Shown here piece after piece: positions 8,753 to 17,415 of a DNA stretch of 60,254 nucleotides. Within the stretch, counting starts at the first letter, position 1, and each line of letters begins with the position of its first letter. The position numbers and the translations under genes were made by a program. Where the stretch lies: contig JBGCFM010000061.1 in assembly GCA_045106895.1 (NCBI GenBank), positions 1 to 60,254 on the forward strand. Direction: 5' to 3'. The notes below the pieces were generated by a model that was not told where the DNA came from, searched no databases, and saw nothing but the letters and a program-made list of their open reading frames with translations. The DNA comes from Polyangiales bacterium (GTDB lineage Bacteria; Myxococcota_A; Polyangia; Polyangiales; Houyiibacteriaceae).

Positions 8753-10375
8753 TTGGTGAACAAATATGCAATAGTTCAACTCGCCATACTATCTGTACTC
8801 TTTGTCGCAGTTGTAGAGGTACCGGCATCTGCTCAGGTCTACCCAAACCAATTCTGCACCTGGAATCCCGGAAGTACTATTTACGTTCGATACAACGAGG
8901 GCGTGGCGTCATGGTCAGGCTTCGATCCTGATAGGTTCCTACGTGAAACGCTAGATGCAGTGGCAACCTGGAACGCTGAGGGTATGGCGGACTACGACGT
9001 TAGATACGGCGGGAGCACTCAAGCTTTCCTGGTTTCGGGCCAAGTCACGGTCGTGAATCGAGTTTCCTCTGGTGGCATGCAAAACCTAGCAGCTGCGGCC
9101 TCGGCTCCGACCGCTGGAAACTGTGCCAGCGGGTCCCCCTACGTCTGGATGTTCATGCGGAGCAGCGTGTATCCCTACCCTGCACGACAATGGTACGCAG
9201 GGTGGGCGCCGCCGCCTACTCATTCGCAGGGAATCGCCGGAAATACGAACTACGAAGCGATAATGACGCATGAGTTTGGTCATATGTTTGGCTTCAATGA
9301 TGTCGCATTGGGGACTGCCGGCCCTGGAGTGATGAACGGGGCGCCAAACGCTCTTTCTGGTTGGCTCCATCTCTATCCGATCGATGCTGAATCGCTCATA
9401 GCGCTTGGCGGGGTGACTCCGCGACGCCCACACACCTCAACTTCGGTGAATGGTGCCGCCTGGTCCTCCCCCAACCTAGTAAGTGTGACGGGATTCTCTA
9501 CTACGGCGCCGGCCATCGATCGCAATAGGTCGTCCTCATACGCAAGCTATCCTGTCTTGGGTGCTGGAAACCTGACGAGCGGACCACCCGACGTGTTTTA
9601 TGGAAGCGAAGGTTCGTGGACTGACCTCACCAACCCATCGAGTTCCGCTCACATGCCGATTTCGCTGGCGAGTTCAACTTATGGGGAGACCATGGTGGTT
9701 TGGCCGGAGAACTGTGAGGTGAATGCAAATGGCTGCGACATCGGATGGGCGTGGACCAACAATGACGGAATGGCGTGGTCCACAGGTTTGTTCACAACCC
9801 CCAACACGTTCGGGAAGGCATTCGTGCAGTATGACACAGCACGAGACAAGTTTGTGTTGGCGTGGATGAACACGGTCGATGCAGAGGTCAAGTTAAGCCA
9901 CGCTGCGGCCATAGCACCTCCCCAATGTCAATCGGGGACCGACTGTTGGTCTTCGGGTGCATCTACAATTGCAGACCCTATTCGGCACTTGGGAGGAATG
10001 GTGTTCACTGCGGCAGGGCAGGGGTTGCTCGTTGCGGCATCTGGCTACGAAGGCGATAAGGGGCGACTCGTGCAATGGAACCTGCTCTACAACGGAACGA
10101 ACTACTACCTTGCAAACGCAAACTACTTGACGAACACACACGAACGCACTCGACGTCCCTTTGGCATTGCGTACGACGATGGTGCAGACACCGTTATGGT
10201 CGTTTGGCGAAACGCAAGTTCCAATCGAAGTATGTCGCACTGCACGAAAACGAGTTTTGGCGCATCGACCCGATGTGGGGCACCAGCGACGGCGGTATCG
10301 CAGGTCGTGAATGGCGTCAACCTGGCGTACGATCCACCCAACAATGTTTTCACCGCAGCCTTCAGCTACGAGTAG
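8753..10375 (+). CDS. Secreted metzincin-type zinc metalloprotease with C-terminal beta-rich (Asp-box-like) domain
   Basis: Signal peptide (ASA-Q); AVATWN; THEFGHMFGFND (HExxHxxGxxD) and Met-turn GVMNG; TSVNGAAW and TNNDGMAW Asp-box-like motifs. Confidence 0.75.
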   Translation: MVNKYAIVQLAILSVLFVAVVEVPASAQVYPNQFCTWNPGSTIYVRYNEGVASWSGFDPDRFLRETLDAVATWNAEGMADYDVRYGGSTQAFLVSGQVTVVNRVSSGGMQNLAAAASAPTAGNCASGSPYVWMFMRSSVYPYPARQWYAGWAPPPTHSQGIAGNTNYEAIMTHEFGHMFGFNDVALGTAGPGVMNGAPNALSGWLHLYPIDAESLIALGGVTPRRPHTSTSVNGAAWSSPNLVSVTGFSTTAPAIDRNRSSSYASYPVLGAGNLTSGPPDVFYGSEGSWTDLTNPSSSAHMPISLASSTYGETMVVWPENCEVNANGCDIGWAWTNNDGMAWSTGLFTTPNTFGKAFVQYDTARDKFVLAWMNTVDAEVKLSHAAAIAPPQCQSGTDCWSSGASTIADPIRHLGGMVFTAAGQGLLVAASGYEGDKGRLVQWNLLYNGTNYYLANANYLTNTHERTRRPFGIAYDDGADTVMVVWRNASSNRSMSHCTKTSFGASTRCGAPATAVSQVVNGVNLAYDPPNNVFTAAFSYE

Positions 10376-10379
10376 TTAA

Positions 10380-11051
10380 ATGACCATTCTTTCACTGTTT
10401 CTGGTTCTACTTCTTTGCGGCTGCACTGCCGAAGAGGCGACAAGTGTGTCAGCAAGTTTGGAAAGGTCGGAGGAGGGTGTGCAAGCACCGCAGGCGACAA
10501 CTGTGATGCCGGCCCAATGCACGCAACCAGGGTTGCCCTCCGATCTCACACGTGCTTTGGCCATGCCAAGGTACAGCGTGGTGACCCTTGATGCCCTCGA
10601 GATCCTGGACGAGGTTGATTACACGGACACGATCGCGAGGGGAACCTACGAAGGTCGAGCAATTCGAATCTCGCTGCAGAATGCAACATTTCAAGTGACG
10701 AAGGGTGAAACGTATTCTGAGGCGCTCGTTCCGATTCATGGCAGCGAAGTCTACTACGACTTTGAATCGGGCGAACGAAGGGAAACTCGTGGATGTCGTG
10801 ATGTCATTGACATCATGGAAGTGGGTTCACTTGACTCCAGAGTTCGGTCACAGGCTGGCCGGCGAATCGCGCTTCTCGTTGAGTTCACGGTTAAGTTTGG
10901 GCCCCTGGTTCGGAACGCCTTTGGGTGGGATGGTGCAGAACTGCTCATTCCCCCAGCTAACCTTCGAATCAGGGATTTGACACAGAGTATCGATGTGCCA
11001 CCCGAAGCAGAACGCGAAGAACAGAGAGTTCCCGATTGGTTTGAGGAATGA
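10380..11051 (+). CDS. Hypothetical lipoprotein (islet cargo)
   Basis: Lipobox LLCG-C; starts 4 nt after the protease stop. Confidence 0.7.
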   Translation: MTILSLFLVLLLCGCTAEEATSVSASLERSEEGVQAPQATTVMPAQCTQPGLPSDLTRALAMPRYSVVTLDALEILDEVDYTDTIARGTYEGRAIRISLQNATFQVTKGETYSEALVPIHGSEVYYDFESGERRETRGCRDVIDIMEVGSLDSRVRSQAGRRIALLVEFTVKFGPLVRNAFGWDGAELLIPPANLRIRDLTQSIDVPPEAEREEQRVPDWFEE

Positions 11052-11683
11052 GAAGATTCCAACTCTTGTTTGCGATTTCCTGCGTTGCTTGTGGTTCAGA
11101 TGTCGGAACGAATACATCTGATTCCGGCGTGGACGGTAACGACGTGGCCCCGATCTCTCTCGCAGAAGCCTGCGCTGATGGTCAGACGGCTCTTACGGGC
11201 ATTTTGCCAGACCCTGATAGTGTTGTGTCCTTGTGGAACTCCCTGGATGACGGTGCTCATGTTGTAGTCGTTGGACGCCAACGCTCCGAAAGCGTGAGTT
11301 CCCCCCGCCTTCCTCAGCCACCCAATGTGGTTGGCCCAGAGTTTGTCGAGTGTATGGAGCAGGGAACCATCGAGGTTGTAGATGGTTTGGGTTGGCTACC
11401 CTCTGGAGCAATCCGAGTCCGCGCTGGAACGGGCCAGGGGTATTGGGCCAGTTCAGATGGAATGCCGCTGCCAGACTACAACATGGTAGCGTTCGACCAC
11501 TTCTTCGAGCCAGAATTACAGTCACTTCCTCCTGACGAGGAAAGGTACCTGCTGATCTTACGAGATCTCCGTGACGGCACGTATCTTGTGGTCCGCAGAA
11601 GTAGTCTTGTTGGGATCACGACTGTGTCTGGGCACCGCACTGCAACTGGGCTGGAGAGTGAACTGGCTGACTTTCGCCGGTAA
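11048..11683 (+). CDS. Hypothetical lipoprotein (islet cargo)
   Basis: Lipobox CVA-C; ATGA overlap with the previous gene. Confidence 0.7.
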   Translation: MRRFQLLFAISCVACGSDVGTNTSDSGVDGNDVAPISLAEACADGQTALTGILPDPDSVVSLWNSLDDGAHVVVVGRQRSESVSSPRLPQPPNVVGPEFVECMEQGTIEVVDGLGWLPSGAIRVRAGTGQGYWASSDGMPLPDYNMVAFDHFFEPELQSLPPDEERYLLILRDLRDGTYLVVRRSSLVGITTVSGHRTATGLESELADFRR

Positions 11684-11978
11684 GGTCAGTTGGGTTGAGT
11701 GAGGTGGAGTGCTGCGTTTGTTGTTTGAAACGACGACAAACCGCTCGTCTCTCTGATATCGTAGACCCTCATGCACTCTGCTCCCCATCTTGCTCGTTCA
11801 CTAAAGCAACCAGATCTTCGATCGCGTTGCACAGGTCGAGGCCACGATGCACCGCGTATGGATCGCGCTCAGCGACAGCTTCGCGGAACGCTTGCGCATG
11901 GTGGGTCACACGGCCCAGCAAACGTACCCACTCAGCACCCTCAGATTGCGGAATCGTTGATGTTTCTTCGCCTTCGGT

Positions 11979-12028
11979 CCGGTCTACGGAACCGGAGGTT
12001 GGAGGTTCGAGTCCTCCCGAGTCCGCCA
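11979..12028 (+). repeat. attR core (duplicated 3' part of tRNA-Arg)
   Basis: Exact 50-bp copy of 8226..8275, starting at the anticodon stem. Confidence 0.95.
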
Positions 12029-12058
12029 AAGACCCCTGCAACTTGCAGGGGTTTTTCT
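12029..12058 (+). terminator. Intrinsic terminator (original tRNA-Arg terminator)
   Basis: ACCCCTGCAA-C-TTGCAGGGGT inverted repeat followed by a T tract. Confidence 0.75.
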
Positions 12059-12101
12059 CGTTAAGGCGAAAGCCTAAACGCGCGCCGCGCACGGAGACCC
12101 G

Positions 12102-12803
12102 ATGAGCCGCTCAGACAAGACCCTCGACCGCATCCAGCGCCTTGAGCGCATCGCCGAGGGCAGCGCGTCTCACCTCGACGCTCTGCGCGCTCGCTTCACC
12201 GTGACCGCGAGCCACGGACTGGCTTTCTTCGCGATGGCTTCCCTCTCACGTCGGCTTGGCGCTGTTTGCACGCTTCTTCGAAACGACCTGAGCCTCGAGT
12301 GTGATGCGCTCACCCGCGGCATGTCGGAGACGGCGCTCAACTTGGCGTGGGCTCATGAGTCAGACGAAAGGGCCACGCGTGTACTTGCGGCTGGTCCGCT
12401 GGACGCGCTTGAGCTCCTCAAACGCGCGAAGTGCGAAGGCTATCCGGTCTCGGAGTCGACGATCGACGCGCTGGTGATGTCCACGGCGGAAACAACGGGG
12501 ATGCCGAGCATCTTTGCGCGCGTCGCGGAGACTACCCACTATCGTGATGGTGTCCTGGCGTTGTTCGACGAGGAGCCGCTGACGCGCCAGCAGGCGGCGG
12601 TTCATCACGATAGCTCGTACATGAAGATGGTTGTGGAGTACGTGGACGTCACCGACGAGGTGCTTCTCGACGCCTTCACGGCAGCGCTCTTGATCGTCGA
12701 CGGAGTCGCCTCTGCCATGGGAGACGACGACGTGCTCGCGGGGATTCGCACCGAGCTGAGCCATCTCTTGAACGGCTACGGCGAACAGGCCCCAAGCGAC
12801 TAG
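12102..12803 (+). CDS. Hypothetical alpha-helical protein (DUF5677-like)
   Basis: 233-aa ORF with GGAG RBS; ALTRGMSETALNLAW resembles the DUF5677 R-x-x-x-E motif; family call weak. Confidence 0.55.
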   Translation: MSRSDKTLDRIQRLERIAEGSASHLDALRARFTVTASHGLAFFAMASLSRRLGAVCTLLRNDLSLECDALTRGMSETALNLAWAHESDERATRVLAAGPLDALELLKRAKCEGYPVSESTIDALVMSTAETTGMPSIFARVAETTHYRDGVLALFDEEPLTRQQAAVHHDSSYMKMVVEYVDVTDEVLLDAFTAALLIVDGVASAMGDDDVLAGIRTELSHLLNGYGEQAPSD

Positions 12804-13621
12804 CGGTAGCCCGGGGGAAGCTCGTCGTCGAGATTCTGCTCTTGCTCGTCGCCTTCGCACACGGCGTAGCGTTCGCCTACGAGTGGGATGCCCGCTTCGC
12901 TCGCCGCGGCGGCTGCGACCTCGGCGGTCGGTTCCGCGGTGTTCGCGGGGCAGGCGAGACGGACGACCTGCGACAGCAACTCGCTCGCCTCGTCTTCTCG
13001 GTCGAGCTCCTGAAGCACCGCAGCCGTTCGCCAAGATGCGAAGGCGTAAAGGGGATGTTCCAGGTCGCCTAAGAGGTAGCGATAGCTTCGCGCCGCATCT
13101 TCGTAGCGCCCGCCCTCGAAGTAGACCTCGCCCAAGATCATCCACGCCAGACCGTGGAGCGCTGTGGAGTCCGCGTGACGATCGGTGAAGCGCTCAGCGA
13201 GACTCACAGCGCGCGGTAGACCGCCCCGCCAGGCGGCCACGAGCTCCAGGAAGTCGCGCGTCGTGGCCAACTCGCCACGAACACGTCGAAGGCGACGTAG
13301 GGCCGTGCGCACTTCCCGTTGTGCGAGGCGCAGCTCACGGCTGCTCGCTTCGAGCTCGTCTGCGTCGATCTCGTAGATGAGCGCAGCGACGTAGCGCAGC
13401 GACATTTCGTGTCGTTCAGTTCCACGAAGACCCGCAATGGACTCTTTCAGTCCCTCGGAGTCTCCATCTGGCCGAGAGACGTCGGAATTCCACTCCCCGG
13501 CCCATCGCAGGAGATAGTCGGACGGCTCAAGGTACACATCCGCCACCGTCTCTTCGACGGGTGGAGGAGCCGCCCCGCATGCACAGAGCGCGAGCAACGC
13601 GAGGGTAAGATAAGGACGCAT
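12800..13621 (-). CDS. TPR-repeat lipoprotein
   Basis: Lipobox LCA-C; AWMILGEVYFEGGRYEDAARSY TPR. Confidence 0.75.
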   Translation of the reverse strand: MRPYLTLALLALCACGAAPPPVEETVADVYLEPSDYLLRWAGEWNSDVSRPDGDSEGLKESIAGLRGTERHEMSLRYVAALIYEIDADELEASSRELRLAQREVRTALRRLRRVRGELATTRDFLELVAAWRGGLPRAVSLAERFTDRHADSTALHGLAWMILGEVYFEGGRYEDAARSYRYLLGDLEHPLYAFASWRTAAVLQELDREDEASELLSQVVRLACPANTAEPTAEVAAAAASEAGIPLVGERYAVCEGDEQEQNLDDELPPGYR

Positions 13622-13673
13622 GGCCTACCCTAGCACCCTCGACGAGCGCCGGTGGTGGTGCGAGGGTTCGTCG

Positions 13674-14153
13674 ATGAGTCGCGATGAAGAATGGATGCGA
13701 GAGGCCCTGGTGCTCGCGAAGAAGGCCGCAGAGCGAGGCGAGGTCCCGGTTGGGGCGCTCGTCGTACGCGAAGAGACGATCGTCGGAGTCGGGTACAATC
13801 TCCGGGAGAGCGCCCAAGATCCGACGGCGCACGCGGAGCTCATCGCCGTCCGGGCTGCGGCGGCTCGACTTGGTTCCTGGCGCCTCGATGGGTGCGAGGT
13901 GTTCGTTACCCTCGAACCGTGCCCGATGTGCGCGGGCATGTTGGTGCAGGCGAGGGTGCCCCGCGTGGTTTATGGGGCCCTCGACGCAAAAGCAGGGGCC
14001 ACAGAGTCTCTCTTTCGCCTCGGCGACGACGCGAGGCTGAATCACCGCTTTGAGTCCGTTTCCGGGGTTCTTGAGGCCGAGTGCAGCGCGGTCCTGACGG
14101 ACTTCTTCGCGGCGATTCGTGCGAGTCGCAAAACGGGAGCGAAAGCCCGTTGA
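13674..14153 (+). CDS. tadA: tRNA adenosine(34) deaminase
   Basis: GEVPVGA, DPTAHAE, TLEPCPMCAG, DAKAGA motifs. Confidence 0.95.
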   Translation: MSRDEEWMREALVLAKKAAERGEVPVGALVVREETIVGVGYNLRESAQDPTAHAELIAVRAAAARLGSWRLDGCEVFVTLEPCPMCAGMLVQARVPRVVYGALDAKAGATESLFRLGDDARLNHRFESVSGVLEAECSAVLTDFFAAIRASRKTGAKAR

Positions 14154-14177
14154 CAGCCTGCAGGCGTTTGCTAGCTT
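14150..14177 (+). promoter_or_regulatory. Putative sigma70 promoter for tRNA-Ser/tRNA-Ser/SRP cluster
   Basis: TTGACA-N16-TAGCTT with extended TG, 7 nt upstream of the tRNA. Confidence 0.6.
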
Positions 14178-14184
14178 CGCCCGC

Positions 14185-14274
14185 GGAGAGCTGGCCGAGT
14201 GGTCGAAGGCGTTTGATTCGAAATCAAAAGTAGCGGCAACGTTACCACGGGTTCGAATCCCGTGTTCTCCGCCA
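14185..14274 (+). tRNA. tRNA-Ser(CGA)
   Basis: GGAGAGC/GTTCTCC plus GCCA; anticodon arm TTTGA-TTCGAAA-TCAAA; long variable arm. Confidence 0.96.
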
Positions 14275-14382
14275 AAACCAGTCTACGGATTGGCGTTCTT
14301 TTCAGTTTTAGTTTTTTGTTCATTTTTTGATGAGCAAGCGTTAATGCCCAGCCAACAAACGTTGTTGGTTGGGTGGCGAATA

Positions 14383-14469
14383 GGAGGGGTGACCGAGTGG
14401 TCGAAGGTGCACGATTGGAAATCGTGTGTGCCTTAACGGGTACCGAGGGTTCGAATCCCTCCCTCTCCG
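14383..14469 (+). tRNA. tRNA-Ser(GGA), CCA not encoded
   Basis: GGAGGGG/CCTCTCC plus G; anticodon arm CACGA-TTGGAAA-TCGTG; followed by CCG rather than CCA. Confidence 0.95.
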
Positions 14470-14489
14470 CCGCTGCATGCACTGCAGCA

Positions 14490-14580
<91 letters not shown>

Positions 14581-15606
14581 TTAATTGTCCACGGCGCGCT
14601 CTGCGTCTGGACTCTTAAGAAGCGCCCCCGGTTGATACCAAGGGTTGAGGGCGTCTTCGAAGGCGTTGATAGCGATGCTGATCGCCGGGTCCAGGGCCGT
14701 AATGTGGTGCCACCACCCGAAGGGGATGAAGACGGTGTCGCCGGGCTCCAAGACAAACTCATGCACCCGCACGTCCCGCAAGCACGGGTCGCTGGTGAAC
14801 GAGCTGAGCTCGGGTCCGTAGAGGCCGCGGGCCCGCTCCGCGACGGCGTACTCGATCGGGGAGATGAGACGCACGCGCTTCCGTCCGAAGAGCTGTGTGA
14901 AGAGAATATCCGACTGGTCGTGGTGCAAAGGCGTGATGGTGCCCGCGGGGCCAAGCCAGAGTGCCGTCGCCGGCGGCGTGCTGCGGGTGAAGAAACCTTC
15001 CGGCGGCGTGATGTCGTCGTGCAGTGAAGCGAAAGCGTCCGAACGCATCACTCCGTCGCGCGCTACGACGTAAAAGTCATTGCTCTCCGGCTCCTTCTCG
15101 ATTCGGGCGATGAAACTGCCGAGTGTGGTCTCTCGCGTGTGTACCTCGTGGTTGCGGTCGTAGTCGGGATCCTTGTCTCGACCGACCATCGCTTGCACGG
15201 ACACATGTCCATAGTGCTCGGCCATCCATTTCATGGACCACTTGCCCAGCGCCGGCCAAGTGCGAGCGAAGTTTGGCAGTAACACGGGGCGATTGGCTGC
15301 CCGGAAACGACGTTGAAAGAGCTCCGCGTCGAGCGTCTCCATCGTTTCAAGTTCGAGGGCGCGGGTCCGTGTTCGTTCGAGACGAACGATCATCTCCGCT
15401 CGGAGCGCGCGGACTTGAATGGCATGAGCGGCATAGAACACCGGCGAACGGCCCACGGCCTCCAGCGCAGCTTGCGCGTCTTCGCGGGAGAGCCCCTCGG
15501 TCTCAAGTTCACGAACGATGTCTTTGGCGGGTTCTCCGCGAAGTAGGTTCTCCGCGATCCAAAGCTGCCACTCACCGTCGAGTGCGAGCTGAGCTTCCTC
15601 CGTCAT
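14581..15606 (-). CDS. JmjC/cupin-8 family Fe(II)/2-oxoglutarate oxygenase
   Basis: NRPV...WPA..KW, LWLGPAGTITPLHHD (HxD), QLFGRKR, LEPGDTVFIPFGWWH. Confidence 0.9.
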   Translation of the reverse strand: MTEEAQLALDGEWQLWIAENLLRGEPAKDIVRELETEGLSREDAQAALEAVGRSPVFYAAHAIQVRALRAEMIVRLERTRTRALELETMETLDAELFQRRFRAANRPVLLPNFARTWPALGKWSMKWMAEHYGHVSVQAMVGRDKDPDYDRNHEVHTRETTLGSFIARIEKEPESNDFYVVARDGVMRSDAFASLHDDITPPEGFFTRSTPPATALWLGPAGTITPLHHDQSDILFTQLFGRKRVRLISPIEYAVAERARGLYGPELSSFTSDPCLRDVRVHEFVLEPGDTVFIPFGWWHHITALDPAISIAINAFEDALNPWYQPGALLKSPDAERAVDN

Positions 15607-15615
15607 GACCGGCGC

Positions 15616-16176
15616 TTAGTTGGTTTCGTCGCTCGGCTCTGCGCCTGCGCCGTAGTCGAGCCCAGTATAAGGCATCGTCAGCATCATCATGCCCTCGTCA
15701 GCGGGGGCGGGCATCGGCGCTACGGCGGCAGGTTCGTCCGGCGCCGGCATTGGAGGTGGCATCGGCGGCGGCATCGGCGGCGGCATCGGAGGAGGTGGGC
15801 CGCCGGCATCCTGTGGCGCAGGCATCGGTGGAACGGGGCCTCCAGCGTCGGCGTCGGAGCCAGCGTCCTGCGGCGGAGGCATCGGCGGTGGCGGGCCTAC
15901 GTCGGGATCAGACGGCGCATCTACGCCTGTGACATCCACGCCGCCGCCAGCATCCGTCGGCGGGGGCATGGGCGGTGGCATCAGTGCGTCTGGAGCCGAG
16001 ATGCCGGTGTCGATGGTCGCTCCGGTGTCTTCCGGTGGTGGCATCGGCGCGATGATCGCGTCGGGTTCTTCCGTCGCGTCGCCCGGGCAGCCGGAGAGGG
16101 CGATGCCTCCCGCGAAGACAAAGCTCGTAGCCAACCGAGTAAAGACAGGCCGCTTGGGCTTCTTCGTCAACGCCAT
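15616..16176 (-). CDS. Pro/Met-rich repeat lipoprotein
   Basis: Lipobox LSG-C; repeated P-M-P-[PA]-P motifs separated by acidic DAG linkers. Confidence 0.7.
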   Translation of the reverse strand: MALTKKPKRPVFTRLATSFVFAGGIALSGCPGDATEEPDAIIAPMPPPEDTGATIDTGISAPDALMPPPMPPPTDAGGGVDVTGVDAPSDPDVGPPPPMPPPQDAGSDADAGGPVPPMPAPQDAGGPPPPMPPPMPPPMPPPMPAPDEPAAVAPMPAPADEGMMMLTMPYTGLDYGAGAEPSDETN

Positions 16177-16185
16177 GACGCGACC

Positions 16186-16911
16186 TTAGCACGCCGTCGC
16201 GATGACTGCGAAGAGGCGGGGGTGCAGGTCTGCGAGGGGAATTGTCTCCACAGAAAACCCCGATCTTTCGAGTTCGCGACGTGCCTCGTCGACGAAGAAC
16301 TGCAGGTAGTACATCACGAAGGGCGGCTTCCAGAGCGCGTTGCGAAGGCGCATCGCGGCGTCAAACCCGAGAGCGCTGAGATAAGCGAGGGAGCCTCGCG
16401 GTGGTGGCGCGGAGGTGACGAAGACGAAGCGTCCGCCGCTGACAAGGATACGTCGTGCTTCTTGGAGAAGGACCTTCATCTCTTCTCGTTCGAAGTGGCC
16501 AAATGCGCCGAAGCTGACGACGAGATCGAAGTGCGCGTCCCACTCGGCTGGCATGCGAAGAGCGTCCCCCTTGCGCCACTCGATGTCCGCGTATGGGCTT
16601 TGCTGACTCAGGCCCTCGGCGACGCGAAGCATGCCGGCGCTGGCGTCCACGCCGTGGACGTGCGCTCCCCGCTTGGCGAGGGCACGGGCAGCGGCGCCGG
16701 TGCCCGTGCAGAGGTCCAGCGCGCGAGCGCCGGCTCGCGGGTTCGCCGCGTCCAAGGTGGCAGCGATGATCGAGTCCGGCGTTCGGAAGGGGGTGTGGTC
16801 GAAGCGCGGCGCGAGGAGATCGTAGCCTTCCTCCACGCTCGACAGCGCTTGGCGAGCGAGCTCCCAAAACGTCGGCCCGTCTGGATGAAAGAGGCGCATG
16901 CCCATGAGCAT
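16186..16911 (-). CDS. Class I SAM-dependent methyltransferase
   Basis: ALDLCTGTG, GVDASAGML, GDAL, FDLVVS, RILVSGGRF. Confidence 0.9.
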   Translation of the reverse strand: MLMGMRLFHPDGPTFWELARQALSSVEEGYDLLAPRFDHTPFRTPDSIIAATLDAANPRAGARALDLCTGTGAAARALAKRGAHVHGVDASAGMLRVAEGLSQQSPYADIEWRKGDALRMPAEWDAHFDLVVSFGAFGHFEREEMKVLLQEARRILVSGGRFVFVTSAPPPRGSLAYLSALGFDAAMRLRNALWKPPFVMYYLQFFVDEARRELERSGFSVETIPLADLHPRLFAVIATAC

Positions 16912-16937
16912 GGGTCGACTGCGCGAGCGGCGCCAAT

Positions 16938-17318
16938 GTGCGCCGATTCTCAGACGTGGTACTCCGCTGCGTGCTCTGGCTCCGCTTCTTCAAACTGCTC
17001 AGCGCCTTCGCCTTCGTCGCGGGCACCATTGGGGCGCTCGTTCCTGGCGTGGATCACGCGATGCGAAAGCGCTTTGTCTTCGCCATCGCGGCGCCGGGAT
17101 TTGGCGCGACGTGGGCCCTCGGGTTTATTCTCGTTTCGGTCTCGGGGCACTCCGTGATGGCACCATGGGTGCTTCTCTCCCTCGTCAGCTCGATGGTGGT
17201 CCTTCAGGTCTTGCTCTACTTGGCGGGTCGCGAAGGCCGAGGAGGCATTAAATCGCGCGGGATCGCCCTTTTTTGTCTGATTGCGACCATTGCACTGATG
17301 GTTTGGCGCCCCGCCTAG
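16938..17318 (+). CDS. Small membrane protein (about 4 TM)
   Basis: Hydrophobic ORF ending LMVWRP; start uncertain. Confidence 0.65.
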   Translation: MRRFSDVVLRCVLWLRFFKLLSAFAFVAGTIGALVPGVDHAMRKRFVFAIAAPGFGATWALGFILVSVSGHSVMAPWVLLSLVSSMVVLQVLLYLAGREGRGGIKSRGIALFCLIATIALMVWRPA

Positions 17319-17415
17319 GCCTGCGCCCGGCTCGTACGGTGAACTCTGTCTCTCTCGTTGGTCGCGCAGCCGTCCGAGCGCGTGACATAAGTGCGATGAA
17401 TTGTAGGATGCGTGC

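Larger units (their letters stand above)
8226..12028. mobile_element. Degenerate integrative element (genomic islet) inserted in tRNA-Arg(ACG)
   Basis: Flanked by identical 50-bp direct repeats 3753 bp apart; tyrosine-integrase remnant at the tRNA end; interior visibly lower in GC (low-to-mid 50s % in sampled lines). Confidence 0.9.

Noticed and set aside
11979..12028. Second tRNA-Arg gene
   Set aside because: Only the 3' 50 nt are present, with no D-arm or 5' acceptor strand; it is the attR duplication
11769..12092. 107-aa minus-strand ORF as an independent gene
   Set aside because: Its 5' part runs through a terminator and the att core; better explained as the detached integrase tail
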